Shown: positions 19,535-29,032, counted from the stretch's first letter. The stretch is 64,000 bases of DNA from an uncultured Candidatus Saccharibacteria bacterium (GCA_964369115.1 CAYJED010000001.1:3732-67731); one strand, 5' to 3'. Notes: generated by a model from the letters alone, not told the origin. Made by a program: numbers and translations.

Positions 19535-19654
19535 ATGAAGCATCCGCCGAACGCCAAGAGCGCCAATCTGTACAGCCTGATCGCCATCGCTTCCGCCACG
19601 ACCTGCGCCGGCCTGGGCGCCGACAACTCGACGTCGGCCACCGCCAGCCCCTGA
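19535..19654 (+). CDS. Small GC-rich ORF with a signal-peptide-like N-terminus; possibly the 5' remnant of a foreign pseudogene
   Basis: AGGAG lies 6 nt upstream of the ATG. GC3 is near 95%. The same frame continues open past two TGA codons to 19933. Confidence 0.2.
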   Translation: MKHPPNAKSANLYSLIAIASATTCAGLGADNSTSATASP

Positions 19655-20162
19655 ACCGGCGGCCAGCCAAGGTTGATCGCGTACTGAAGATCTGATTCTT
19701 CGGTGCCCGCCGCCTGCACGCGAAAGATGTGCGCGCACGCGCGTTCGATCAGCCTCGGCAACCGCCGCAACCGCCTGCGTTTACGCTTGCAGTTTAAGCG
19801 TGACCGCAGGCGAACGCTCTTCCAGGCTCGCCTTGGCATCATCTCGATGGTGCCGTCGCCCGGAATTCCTGTGGACCTTAGAGCATCCACTCGTCTATGC
19901 CAAGAAGGAGAACCCTTCATGACCTGGTACTAGCGAAGATCTGGCCGCGCCACAGACGTTCACAACGCCTCTGGAGGGCGTCCCTCAAGGACCAGCCCTG
20001 AAGCACTGCCGGAACTCCCTCGCGGGAAGAAAGGAATACCAACGTGGCACCTTGTTAAAGCCCTTTGTGTCTGGAAAGACCAATGAGCTACAAGGCTCGT
20101 CGATAAGCACTACTAAAGCGGCTCGGTCTCTTGAGACCAGTTACTGAAGACTCGTGCCAACC

Positions 20163-20200
20163 GCCCCCAACGTCGCAAGATGTTGGGGGCTTTCATTTTT
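20163..20200 (+). terminator. Intrinsic terminator at the end of the high-GC island
   Basis: 9-bp stem GCCCCCAAC/GTTGGGGGC followed by TTTCATTTTT. Confidence 0.6.
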
Positions 20201-20268
20201 CATAGTTGCAAGAAATATAATTGTAAAAAATTCTTTTTAAGAGTAGTATTCCAGTCAGTTCTTTATAT

Positions 20269-21336
20269 ATGGAGGCTAACATGCTTGAAAATAGTTTTTT
20301 CTCGCTTGATACTGCTAAAGCTCATCAACTCATTGATGTGCTCTATCATGCGTATGTTGGTGAGAGAGGGTTTTATGCTCATCATCATCAAGCTCATGCA
20401 CCGCAGAATGTGCACGCTCCGCTTGCACCTATTCCCACCCAAGACGATCTCTTCGGTGGGCAGTTTGAGCAGGCGATGCTCCGTGCCAAGAAATCATCTG
20501 GAAGAAAGGTTTCCGTAAAAGCTCTTACAGCTGGTTCCCTTGATCACACCAGGTGGCTTTTCTTTGCAACACTTTGTGACAGGAGGCAGGTAAGCAACTG
20601 GGTGTACGCTGCACATGAACGTTTGCACTTTGAGCATCCAGAGCTCTATTCTCATCGTGTGACGCGAATGGATCCTCATGATTTTGGTGAGATGCTTGCA
20701 CGTTACAGGGTGGGATGTCCTCGTCAGTCGGCAGGGTATTGGATACGTTCCGCAACAACTCTGTTTGAAGATTTTGAAGGAGATCCAGTGCTTCCTTTTC
20801 GGGAAAGCGGACTTACGGTTGAAGGATTTATTTCATTCAAAAAGGGGTATAGGCGTGACGGAAAATTAACCGACCCGTTCCCTGGGTATGGTTCAAAAAT
20901 TGCATCGTTGTACCTCCTTTTCCTTGCGGAAATTGGGGTGATAGCGATGCCACGCGATGCTTTCCCTGTAGATGTTCATGTACAGCGGCTTTTCTTTCAA
21001 ATGGGTGCACTCACCTTACATGAAGGAAGTGTTGTCACTAATGAACAGTGTGAGAGAGAGATTCGACCACTGATCTGCTCGTATGCGAACGAGAAAGGGT
21101 ACTGCAAGGTCGCGCTCTCACATGCCTTCTGGCTTCTTGGTCGCACACTTTGCACGAACTGTGACAAGAGAAAAGGGAAAGGTGTTAATCATCTCTGTCC
21201 AGTCTTTGAAGATTGCAAAGGAACAGCCGAAACTTCTTCGTATTTCAGAAAAGGAACATGGGGACCGATTATGTTTTTGGGGAAAAACGGAATCAAGTAT
21301 GAAAGAGATGAAGACAAACAACGTGTTGGTCGTTAA
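20269..21336 (+). CDS. HhH-GPD superfamily DNA glycosylase-like protein with a C-terminal Cys cluster
   Basis: HhH (FPGYGSKIASLYLLF) followed by FPVDVHVQRLFFQMG, which resembles the endonuclease III/AlkA catalytic region. C-terminal CTNCDKRKGKGVNHLCPVFEDC. The gene is about 48% GC, above the background. Confidence 0.5.
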   Translation: MEANMLENSFFSLDTAKAHQLIDVLYHAYVGERGFYAHHHQAHAPQNVHAPLAPIPTQDDLFGGQFEQAMLRAKKSSGRKVSVKALTAGSLDHTRWLFFATLCDRRQVSNWVYAAHERLHFEHPELYSHRVTRMDPHDFGEMLARYRVGCPRQSAGYWIRSATTLFEDFEGDPVLPFRESGLTVEGFISFKKGYRRDGKLTDPFPGYGSKIASLYLLFLAEIGVIAMPRDAFPVDVHVQRLFFQMGALTLHEGSVVTNEQCEREIRPLICSYANEKGYCKVALSHAFWLLGRTLCTNCDKRKGKGVNHLCPVFEDCKGTAETSSYFRKGTWGPIMFLGKNGIKYERDEDKQRVGR

Positions 21337-21341
21337 GAAAA

Positions 21342-21379
21342 ACCTGCACGAATAGTCCGTGCAGGTTTCTTTTTTTTTG
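21342..21379 (+). terminator. Intrinsic terminator
   Basis: Stem ACCTGCACG/CGTGCAGGT followed by T9. Confidence 0.65.
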
Positions 21380-21445
21380 CAAAAAGAAACCTCGCTTATG
21401 AAGCGAGGTGTGTGGGCTTATGTGCCCACATGCTGTAACTGTGTT

Positions 21446-22519
21446 TTATTTGGTATTTTTTTGTTGAGTGCCAAGAATGATCTGAGGTGCAAGCTCTTCT
21501 ACAACCGCTTGAGCTTCCTGCACCGCTCTTGCTGCACTTCCGCTTGTTACTTTGCCTATAGCCTCGTGCCTGTGGAAGCGAACAACTCTTCGTACATGAT
21601 CTGCACCAGCAAGCACTGTTTGTTCAACGGTGTTTCCTGTTTTTCTCTTCATCCCTTCGACCACCTCTTGTATTTCAAGACTAAAGAGAGGTTGAGCACC
21701 TGATCGTGCCGCTGCAAGCGACCTGATGCGCTCAGATATAACCTTCGCTACCTCTTTTGGAGACTTGTGCTGTGCGATGAGTACGTACGCCCACTTGATA
21801 AGCTCAAGTGTTGAAAGTGGCGCACCATACTCTTCTTGCGCTTCCTGAAGGCGAGCAAGTTCGGTAAGGGTTGTGTAGGGGACTCCTCTCTTAAATTCCT
21901 TACTTGGCATCACAAGCTCTTGCACTTCAGTTGGAAGCGACATAAAGCGCACTGCTCTACGAATCGCTTCTGGAGTCTTCCCCATCTTTCGAGCAAAGGA
22001 AGCGAGACTCATTGAAGGGTCTATTTTCTTTGTTGATCTCCAGATGAGAGCAAAGCTTGCCGCTGACTCTTCTGGAGCAAGTTGCTCATGAAGGTTTTCT
22101 TGTGCTTGAAATTCAATCGCTTGAATAAACGAAAGATCAAAGCGCAGGTATGAGAGATAGCTATCGAGTCTTACTCTCTTACAAGCACGAAGCCTGCGTT
22201 CGCCTGCCACAAGGAAAAGGTAGTAAGCTTCTCCTTTTTCTGTGATCCTTACTGGGGTGAAGCTTCTTAGGAGATGCTTCGTTCCCCAGGTTTCGTTGAT
22301 GCATTCGAGGTACTGTAGAGCTTCCTCTTTGGAGAGAGCAACTACAACACCAGGGTTCATCTGTCCTTTGCTTTTGATGCTTTCCGCAAGTTCGTCCAAA
22401 CTCTCCTCTCTGAACTTTGTACGCATTTGCCTGAGAACAGTGATCGTTCTCACCGGAAGGTGAACCAGATGTGTTCCTTTCGGAGGTGCAGCCTTCTGCC
22501 TCTTAAGAGAGATTTCCAT
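21446..22519 (-). CDS. Second ParB/Srx-fold (ParB-like nuclease domain) protein
   Basis: LVAGERRLRACKRV ParB box and an HTH-like segment (SFARKMGKTPEAIRRAV). Distinct from the canonical parB at 1244. Confidence 0.65.
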   Translation of the reverse strand: MEISLKRQKAAPPKGTHLVHLPVRTITVLRQMRTKFREESLDELAESIKSKGQMNPGVVVALSKEEALQYLECINETWGTKHLLRSFTPVRITEKGEAYYLFLVAGERRLRACKRVRLDSYLSYLRFDLSFIQAIEFQAQENLHEQLAPEESAASFALIWRSTKKIDPSMSLASFARKMGKTPEAIRRAVRFMSLPTEVQELVMPSKEFKRGVPYTTLTELARLQEAQEEYGAPLSTLELIKWAYVLIAQHKSPKEVAKVISERIRSLAAARSGAQPLFSLEIQEVVEGMKRKTGNTVEQTVLAGADHVRRVVRFHRHEAIGKVTSGSAARAVQEAQAVVEELAPQIILGTQQKNTK

Positions 22520-22621
22520 GAGTATCTCCTCGTAGATTAAAGAACTGGTGATAATAGTACTCTTAAAAAAAATTTCGTCAAAATCTATCTTTTTTATGAT
22601 AGAGTATACTTACTTATAATT

Positions 22622-23914
22622 ATGTTTTCTTTTCTTCGTTTCAAAAAAAATGATCATAGAAATGGTCGTGTGTATCTTGACCATGCAGGAGCAACAGAGA
22701 TAGGAGTGCGACCGAAGGTTGCGCTCCTTAACGCGCTCTCTACCTACGGTAATCCGTCCGGTATTCACACAGAAGGTCGCTTAGCTGGGGTTCTTTTAGA
22801 TAAAGCGCGTAGCACATGTGCAACAGCCTTAAATGCACACTCATACGAAATATACTTTATGTCGTCTGGGACAGAAAGTTGTAATACCGCTATTTATGGG
22901 GTGTATGAAGGGTATATAAAAAGAAATAAAGGGAAGATTCCTCACATGATTGTGAGTGTCATTGAGCATCCTTCGATACTTGAGCCTGTGCGAGATTTAG
23001 AGAGAAGGGGAAACATTACAGTAACATATCTTCCTGTGTATGATAATGGCATCATTAAGGTGCGTGATATGGAGGAGGCTCTTACAGAAGAAACTATTTT
23101 GGTAAGCGTGATGTACGTAAACAATGAAATTGGCACTGTACAGCCGGTTAAAGAAGTTGGTCGTGTGCTTGAGTCATGGAAAAAAGATAAAGAAAGATCT
23201 CATACAGAGTACCCATACTTTCATACTGACGCTTGTCAGGCGGCTAATTACTATAATCTCGACGTAGTGCGACTTCGTGCCCACTTGATGACTGTAAATG
23301 GAGGAAAGGTGTATGGAGGAAAAGGTTCAGCACTTTTATACAAACGAGAGGGAATTATTGTAGAGCATATAGTAGAAGGTGGCGGTCAAGAAAGAACTCT
23401 TCGAAGCGGAACTGAAAATGTTCCAGCATACTACGCGTTTTCTGTTGCGCTTAATGAAGCAGTAGTGATGCGTGACAAAGAAGCAAAACGTTTACGCACC
23501 TTAAGAGACGTAACGGTAGAAGCTATACAAAAAGCAATTCCGGAAGCTGTTTTTTATGGAGCATTTGATGAGTACTGGGTACGCACTGCAGATAATAAAG
23601 ATATTTCTCATGAAAAGAAAATTCGTTTTGAGCGAAGGTCTCCAAATAATATTAATTGCCGTATCCCGGGAATAAGTAGCGAGGAGATGATTCTTAGACT
23701 TGATGCAAAAGGCTTTGCTGTCTCACATAAGTCAGCTTGCGCTTCCATGGAAACAGACGGAAGTTATGTGCTTACAGCACTCGGTGCAACAGAAATTGAG
23801 GCACGGGAAAATATTCGTATCACTATGGGAAGGTCTACCACAGAAGAGGATATGAAAAAGTTTGTTGAAGCGCTTAAGGATATTTCCGCTAAGTACACAA
23901 AGGTTAATGGTTAA
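22622..23914 (+). CDS. Cysteine desulfurase / class V aminotransferase
   Basis: Class V aminotransferase fold (VYLDHAGATE, SGTESCNTAIYG) with a PLP-lysine region. Long NifS/IscS-like protein. Confidence 0.8.
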   Translation: MFSFLRFKKNDHRNGRVYLDHAGATEIGVRPKVALLNALSTYGNPSGIHTEGRLAGVLLDKARSTCATALNAHSYEIYFMSSGTESCNTAIYGVYEGYIKRNKGKIPHMIVSVIEHPSILEPVRDLERRGNITVTYLPVYDNGIIKVRDMEEALTEETILVSVMYVNNEIGTVQPVKEVGRVLESWKKDKERSHTEYPYFHTDACQAANYYNLDVVRLRAHLMTVNGGKVYGGKGSALLYKREGIIVEHIVEGGGQERTLRSGTENVPAYYAFSVALNEAVVMRDKEAKRLRTLRDVTVEAIQKAIPEAVFYGAFDEYWVRTADNKDISHEKKIRFERRSPNNINCRIPGISSEEMILRLDAKGFAVSHKSACASMETDGSYVLTALGATEIEARENIRITMGRSTTEEDMKKFVEALKDISAKYTKVNG

Positions 23915-23935
23915 TGGTAGCTAGTTAATAGTTGA
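23903..23935. promoter_or_regulatory. ATTAAC-heptad repeat cluster, inverted orientation, overlapping the cysteine desulfurase stop codon
   Basis: GGTTAATGGTTAATGGTAGCTAGTTAATAGTTG, which is the reverse complement of the recurring YATTAAC direct repeat. Confidence 0.4.
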
Positions 23936-23967
23936 TACAATACTGAGACGCGATATACTGAATCTTA

Positions 23968-24321
23968 ATGAAGACGTTCAGAGATCTTGTTGTTTGGCAA
24001 CGTGCAATTGATTTTGCTACGTCAATCTATGAGGTTACTTCTCGTTTTCCGAGTTCTGAAATGTATGGATTAACAAATCAACTAAGAAGAGCAAGTGTTT
24101 CTGTGTCTTCAAATATTGCAGAGGGAAGTAAGCGTGGTTCTAAAAAAGAGTTCACACATTTTTTAAGAATAGCGCAAGGGTCTCTTGCTGAAATTGAAAC
24201 ACAACTTACGATAGCTAAAAATCTTAGTTTTGTCACTAGCGATAGATCTACAGAATTACTTAATGAACTAGAATCTATTACAAAGATGCTCACAAAGTTA
24301 ATTAATACGACGAAAGAATAA
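23968..24321 (+). CDS. Four-helix-bundle protein (TIGR02436 / 23S rRNA intervening-sequence protein family)
   Basis: Characteristic sequence (DLVVWQRAIDF...NIAEG...LRIAQGSLAEIETQL). Confidence 0.8.
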   Translation: MKTFRDLVVWQRAIDFATSIYEVTSRFPSSEMYGLTNQLRRASVSVSSNIAEGSKRGSKKEFTHFLRIAQGSLAEIETQLTIAKNLSFVTSDRSTELLNELESITKMLTKLINTTKE

Positions 24322-24356
24322 CTAACTATTAACCATTAACTAGCTACTATTAACTA
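24322..24356. promoter_or_regulatory. YATTAAC heptad direct-repeat cluster abutting the SOD-like gene start
   Basis: CTAACTATTAACCATTAACTAGCTACTATTAACTAC. Inverted relative to the cluster at 23903. Confidence 0.4.
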
Positions 24357-24357
24357 C

Positions 24358-24918
24358 ATGTATTCTCAAAAAGATTTTTCGCATTTACTTGGTATCGAAG
24401 GGTTAAGTGACACTCTCCTTAGTAATCATTTTACGTTGTACGCAGGATACGTCACCAACACTAATAAGCTTATTGATCTTATGAAGGAAAAGGAGGTTGG
24501 CACTCCAGAGTATGCTGAACTTCATCGAAGATTTGGTTGGGAGTGGAATGGTATGCGTCTTCATGAGCTTTATTTTAGTAATTTAGCAAAGCATGGAGTG
24601 GCGCTTAGTAATCGCGCACTTCGTCAAAAAATTGAAAGCACATGGGGCTCATATGAAAATTGGGAAAAAGAATTTAAAGGAATGGCGACCATGCGCGGTA
24701 TTGGTTGGGTGGTGCTTGGGTATGACAAGAATGACGGTAAACTCTTTAATATGTGGGTAGGGGAGCATGACGAAGGATATCTAGCTGGCACGACGCCACT
24801 TCTTGTGGTGGATGTATTTGAACATGCGTTTATGGTGGACTACGGACTTAAGCGTGCAGACTACATTGCTACTGTAATGAGTCATGTTGACTGGCATACC
24901 GTAGAAGAAAGAGTGTAA
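24358..24918 (+). CDS. Fe/Mn superoxide dismutase-family protein with a divergent N-terminal metal site
   Basis: C-terminal SOD signature region (GWVVLGYD...PLLVVDVFEHAFMVDYGLKRADYI) and the N-terminal helical hairpin. Confidence 0.65.
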   Translation: MYSQKDFSHLLGIEGLSDTLLSNHFTLYAGYVTNTNKLIDLMKEKEVGTPEYAELHRRFGWEWNGMRLHELYFSNLAKHGVALSNRALRQKIESTWGSYENWEKEFKGMATMRGIGWVVLGYDKNDGKLFNMWVGEHDEGYLAGTTPLLVVDVFEHAFMVDYGLKRADYIATVMSHVDWHTVEERV

Positions 24919-24933
24919 AAGATATACCTTTAT

Positions 24934-25299
24934 ATGTCTTATAAAGATTTTTCTTGGCTTGATTCAGTTCCGTATTCTTTTGATTTTAAAGAAGTCGGTA
25001 CATTGCGAGTAGTTATAAAAGATAGAGATGAATCTTGTAAAGAATATACTGTTCAAGATAATGTTGATTTGATTAAAGAAAGTATTGCGTCTTTGCCTGT
25101 TCATGGCGATGAGTATCTAAAGATGAATCCTGTTCAGATAACATTTGTTATTGGTTTGAAAGAAAATAATCCTATCGCTAAGATTGTCTTCTACGATAAC
25201 TTTCTTCAAGGAGAAAATACAGCCTTTTTTTCTTCAGAAGAGGTTACACATAAAGTTTTGGAATTAAAAAAGCTACTAACAGAAAGTATTAGGGAATAG
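24934..25299 (+). CDS. Hypothetical protein
   Basis: 121-aa ORF followed by a strong terminator. Confidence 0.5.
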   Translation: MSYKDFSWLDSVPYSFDFKEVGTLRVVIKDRDESCKEYTVQDNVDLIKESIASLPVHGDEYLKMNPVQITFVIGLKENNPIAKIVFYDNFLQGENTAFFSSEEVTHKVLELKKLLTESIRE

Positions 25300-25308
25300 T
25301 TAAGCATA

Positions 25309-25345
25309 AGAGCGGCGCCTACGGCGCCGCTCTTAATTTATTTTT
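25309..25345 (+). terminator. Intrinsic terminator
   Basis: GC-rich stem AGAGCGGCGCC/GGCGCCGCTCT followed by a T-run. Confidence 0.7.
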
Positions 25346-25392
25346 ACTATAAAAACAAAACCCCTTCGAAAAGGGGTTTGCGCGTTGTCACC

Positions 25393-25569
25393 TCAGAGGG
25401 TGACGAGGCTGTGTACCAATGGGTGATCCTTCACCGTTTGGAGTACGTACATGACGATCTCTTCGACCTTGAGGGTTGGATGCGTGATGTTCAGGTAGAA
25501 CACCGTGAACCCGAAAAAGACGAAGGTGATGCCGGCACTGCCAGCAATCACAGACAGAACCTTGCGCAT
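25393..25569 (-). CDS. Small membrane protein of 58 aa, hypothetical
   Basis: Internal ATG (MRKVLSVIAGSAGITFVFF...) with an AAAGGAG RBS. One TM helix. Confidence 0.4.
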   Translation of the reverse strand: MRKVLSVIAGSAGITFVFFGFTVFYLNITHPTLKVEEIVMYVLQTVKDHPLVHSLVTL

Positions 25570-25789
25570 GGAGACACTCCTTTCGCGGAAGAAAAAAGAA
25601 ATAACTACTGTATATAATATAGCATATTTAGTACACTTTGTCAAGTTGACGAAGGGGGTATTTTTTGCGAAGGTAAGTATATCCAGCTACGATTGTACAC
25701 CTGCTTATCCACCACGACTGAAACCCTGTATTCTGTTACACTGTATATGTATTTGAATTGTAGGTTGTATGGTTTTTGTTTGTATTTTG

Positions 25790-25812
25790 TAACTATTAAC
25801 CATTAACTATTG
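25790..25812. promoter_or_regulatory. YATTAAC heptad repeat 12 nt upstream of the clpB start
   Basis: TAACTATTAACCATTAACTATTG. Confidence 0.4.
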
Positions 25813-25823
25813 AACATATTTAT

Positions 25824-28532
25824 ATGCCCCCATCATTTAACAATTTCACCACAAAAGCAAAAGAGGTGATTCGTCGTGCGCATGAACTTGCGATTGAACG
25901 AGGGCAAAATCAAGTAAGTCCAGTTCATCTCATGGGAGCACTCCTTACACAAGAGGAGTCTCTTGTTCATGCTATTTTAGAAAAACTCGAAATCGACATC
26001 ATTCATCTTACTGACAGTATTATTGATGCAATTGAAGTGCCGGGCGCGTCTCAGACCATGAGTCCGTCGTATCAGATGTATCTTACTCCTGAACTTGCAA
26101 CGACACTTGAAGTGTCACTTAAAGTTGCACAGTCATTTAACGATGAGTTTGTTTCTACGGAACATCTCTTTTTGGCGCTTCTTGAATCTACTGGTCAGGT
26201 GCGTGAAATCCTTGCGCGTTTTCGTATCGATAAAGACGCGGCGTACCACACACTTGAAGAGCTTCGTGTACAGAATATTAGCGAAGCACAAGGTCCAAAG
26301 AAAAATAAAGCACTTCAAAAGTACACCCGTAACTTCACTGATCTTGCTCGTGCAGATAAGCTTGATCCAGTTATTGGGCGCGACACAGAGATTATGCGTC
26401 TTATGCAAATTCTTTCACGTCGAACAAAGAACAATCCAATTTTGATTGGAGAAGCTGGAACAGGAAAGACTGCGGTAGTAGAAGGTCTTGCTATTCGTAT
26501 GGCAAAAGGAGATGTTCCTGAGAGTTTAAAAGGAAAAGAACTTGTTTCACTTGATCTTGGAATGCTTATTGCAGGAACAAAGTTTAGAGGAGAGTTTGAG
26601 GAGCGTCTTAAAGCCATCATGAAAGAAATTGAACGCTCAGAAGGAGGTATTATTCTTTTTATTGATGAGATTCATACTATTGTTGGAGCCGGAGCAACAG
26701 AAGGGTCAGCGGACGCCGCAAACCTCCTTAAGCCCGCGCTTTCTCGTGGAGAGCTTCGTGCAATTGGTGCAACAACACTTAAAGAGTATCAGAAGCATAT
26801 AGAAAAAGATCCAGCACTCGCTCGACGTTTCCAACCGGTTTTTGTAGAAGAGCCATCTGAGGCTGACGCGCTTGCAATTTTGCGTGGACTTAAAGAAAAA
26901 TATGAACTGTTCCACGGGGTGCGTATTACCGATGATGCTCTTGTGTCTGCGGTACAACTCTCTACTCGCTATATTACTTCCCGATTCCTTCCGGATAAGG
27001 CAATTGACCTTATCGATGAAGCAGCGTCATCGCTTCGTATTGCGCTTGAAAATAAGCCGCCGGTACTTGAAGATGCGCATCGTAAAATCATGCGTCTTGA
27101 AATTGAAAAAGAGGCCCTTACTAAAGAGCTTGTTACCGAAGACGATAAAGATGATATTTCTACCACAAAGAAACGTATTGCGGTAATTGATGAAGAGATT
27201 GCGAATGTTAAAGAAAAAACTCGTGAGCTTGAACTTAAGTGGAAGAATGAAAAGAAAACTCTTTCTGAGATTGGAGAAATTAAGAAGTCACTTGAGTCGC
27301 TACGTACTGAAGCAGAAAACGCAGAGCTGCGTGCTGATTTAACTCGTGTTGCGGAAATTCGTTATGGACAAATTCCAGAACTTACACGCGAACTTAATGA
27401 GCGTATTGAGAAGCTTAAGAAGCTACAGAAGAATCGCCGTATCTTAAAGGAAGAAGTAACAGAAGAAGAGGTGGCATCTGTTGTTGCGCGATGGACAGGT
27501 ATCCCTGTTGTTCGCATGCTTGAAGAAGAAGAGCAGAAGCTTTCTCGTATGGAGGAAGAGCTTTCTAAACGAGTGATTAGTCAGCGCGATGCAATTACAA
27601 AGATTAGTGGTGCGGTGAGACGGTCTCGAGCTGGGGTAAATGATCCAGGGCGACCAATTGGGTCATTTATGTTCCTTGGTCCGACAGGTGTCGGAAAGAC
27701 AGAACTTACAAAAGCACTTGCAGAGTTTATGTTTAATGACGAGAAGGCGCTCATTAAAGTAGACATGAGTGAGTACATGGAAAAACATTCAACGTCTAAG
27801 CTTATTGGTTCACCTCCAGGATATGTCGGATACGATGAATCAGGTCAACTTACTGAAGCGGTGCGACATCGTCCATACTCAGTAATTCTCTTTGACGAAG
27901 TAGAAAAGGCTCACCCAGAAGTGTTCAACCTCCTCCTTCAGGTGCTTGATGAAGGTAGACTCACTGACAGTAAGGGGCGCATTGTAAACTTCAAAAACAC
28001 TATCATCATCATGACTTCTAATATTGGAAGTCAGTATATTCAGAAGATGGAGCAGATAGGTTTTGTGAATGTTTCTAAGGAAGGGGAGTATGTGCAGGTA
28101 AAAGATCGTGTTATGGATGCGGTAAAAGAATTCTTCAAACCAGAATTTTTGAATCGTCTTGATGAAACAATTATCTTTGATGTGCTTTCAAAAGATGAAG
28201 TAACACAGATTGTAAAACTTCAAGTAGATCTGATTGCTAAGCGTCTTATGGAAAAAGAAATTATGCTTGAAGTAAGTGATGAAGCTATTCGTCATATTGG
28301 TGAGAAGTCATATGATCCTCACTATGGAGCTCGTCCAGTAAAGCGATATCTTCAGACACATGTTTTAAATCAAATTGCTTCACTTCTTCTTTCAAAGAAG
28401 TTTGTGAAAGGTGGTATTGCTTCAGTTGGTCTTGATAAAAAAGGAGAGATAATTGTAGAAGCAAAGAAGCCTCGTAAAATTCCAAGTCCGCTTACTCGAG
28501 ATGAAATTGTGAGTGAGAAGAAGGATAAATAA
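25824..28532 (+). CDS. clpB: ATP-dependent chaperone ClpB
   Basis: Clp N-domain, two AAA+ modules (Walker A GEAGTGKT and GPTGVGKT) and the middle coiled-coil domain. 902 aa. Confidence 0.95.
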   Translation: MPPSFNNFTTKAKEVIRRAHELAIERGQNQVSPVHLMGALLTQEESLVHAILEKLEIDIIHLTDSIIDAIEVPGASQTMSPSYQMYLTPELATTLEVSLKVAQSFNDEFVSTEHLFLALLESTGQVREILARFRIDKDAAYHTLEELRVQNISEAQGPKKNKALQKYTRNFTDLARADKLDPVIGRDTEIMRLMQILSRRTKNNPILIGEAGTGKTAVVEGLAIRMAKGDVPESLKGKELVSLDLGMLIAGTKFRGEFEERLKAIMKEIERSEGGIILFIDEIHTIVGAGATEGSADAANLLKPALSRGELRAIGATTLKEYQKHIEKDPALARRFQPVFVEEPSEADALAILRGLKEKYELFHGVRITDDALVSAVQLSTRYITSRFLPDKAIDLIDEAASSLRIALENKPPVLEDAHRKIMRLEIEKEALTKELVTEDDKDDISTTKKRIAVIDEEIANVKEKTRELELKWKNEKKTLSEIGEIKKSLESLRTEAENAELRADLTRVAEIRYGQIPELTRELNERIEKLKKLQKNRRILKEEVTEEEVASVVARWTGIPVVRMLEEEEQKLSRMEEELSKRVISQRDAITKISGAVRRSRAGVNDPGRPIGSFMFLGPTGVGKTELTKALAEFMFNDEKALIKVDMSEYMEKHSTSKLIGSPPGYVGYDESGQLTEAVRHRPYSVILFDEVEKAHPEVFNLLLQVLDEGRLTDSKGRIVNFKNTIIIMTSNIGSQYIQKMEQIGFVNVSKEGEYVQVKDRVMDAVKEFFKPEFLNRLDETIIFDVLSKDEVTQIVKLQVDLIAKRLMEKEIMLEVSDEAIRHIGEKSYDPHYGARPVKRYLQTHVLNQIASLLLSKKFVKGGIASVGLDKKGEIIVEAKKPRKIPSPLTRDEIVSEKKDK

Positions 28533-28564
28533 AATAACCAAAAGAGTAAAAACATAAAAGAAAA

Positions 28565-28593
28565 ATGACACCAACGGTGTCATTTTTCTTTTG
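28565..28593 (+). terminator. Intrinsic terminator after clpB
   Basis: Stem ATGACACC/GGTGTCAT followed by T-rich sequence. Confidence 0.7.
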
Positions 28594-28677
28594 TAAAAAG
28601 TATTTACCATAAAACAAGAAATGCCCTTTTTGTCTTGTGGACTAAAGAGCACTTTTCTGAATGTTTGCATGTTGTTC

Positions 28678-29001
28678 TTAAAAAAGAAGGTCAGCAATGT
28701 AGGGTATCACCTGCACACTCTTCTCATAGCACCACAGCACTGCTTGTGCGAAGCTGTAGAGATAGAGAAGAAGGAGGGTGAGTTTGGTGGTTGTCCTAAC
28801 TTCACGTCCTTTTAGCCTTTTGGTAGTTCTCTTCCAGGCTTGTACGGGTGTGCTTAGGGCGAATTCTGAGTAAATTCCGCGAGTGACCCTGTCTCCGAAG
28901 CTAAGGTAAAGGATCTGTCTGAGCATAAGATTTCCTCCTTGAAATGTTTCGCCAGAGAATATGTCCATATATAATTCTGCGCTTCCTACAGAAAAAGTCA
29001 A
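28678..29001 (-). CDS. Hypothetical protein (weak call)
   Basis: 107-aa ORF with no recognisable domains and overlapping ORFs on the other strand. Confidence 0.25.
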   Translation of the reverse strand: MTFSVGSAELYMDIFSGETFQGGNLMLRQILYLSFGDRVTRGIYSEFALSTPVQAWKRTTKRLKGREVRTTTKLTLLLLYLYSFAQAVLWCYEKSVQVIPYIADLLF

Positions 29002-29032
29002 TTCTTTAAAAGAGGATAACCTTTTTTGGATT

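Noticed and set aside
19535-19933. UGA-recoded gene (genetic code 25, Gly) in the GC island
   Set aside because: All host genes in the window are long and uninterrupted under the standard code, so the host does not reassign UGA. The in-frame TGAs are better explained as pseudogene decay.
19390-20200. tmRNA, RNase P RNA or SRP RNA in the GC-rich noncoding island
   Set aside because: No tRNA-like T-arm/ACCA end, no ALAA-type tag reading frame, no P4 / GGAAAGUCCGG or domain IV GGAAGCAGC signatures found on either strand. GC of about 68% is far above what host-encoded structured RNAs in a 38% GC genome usually show.
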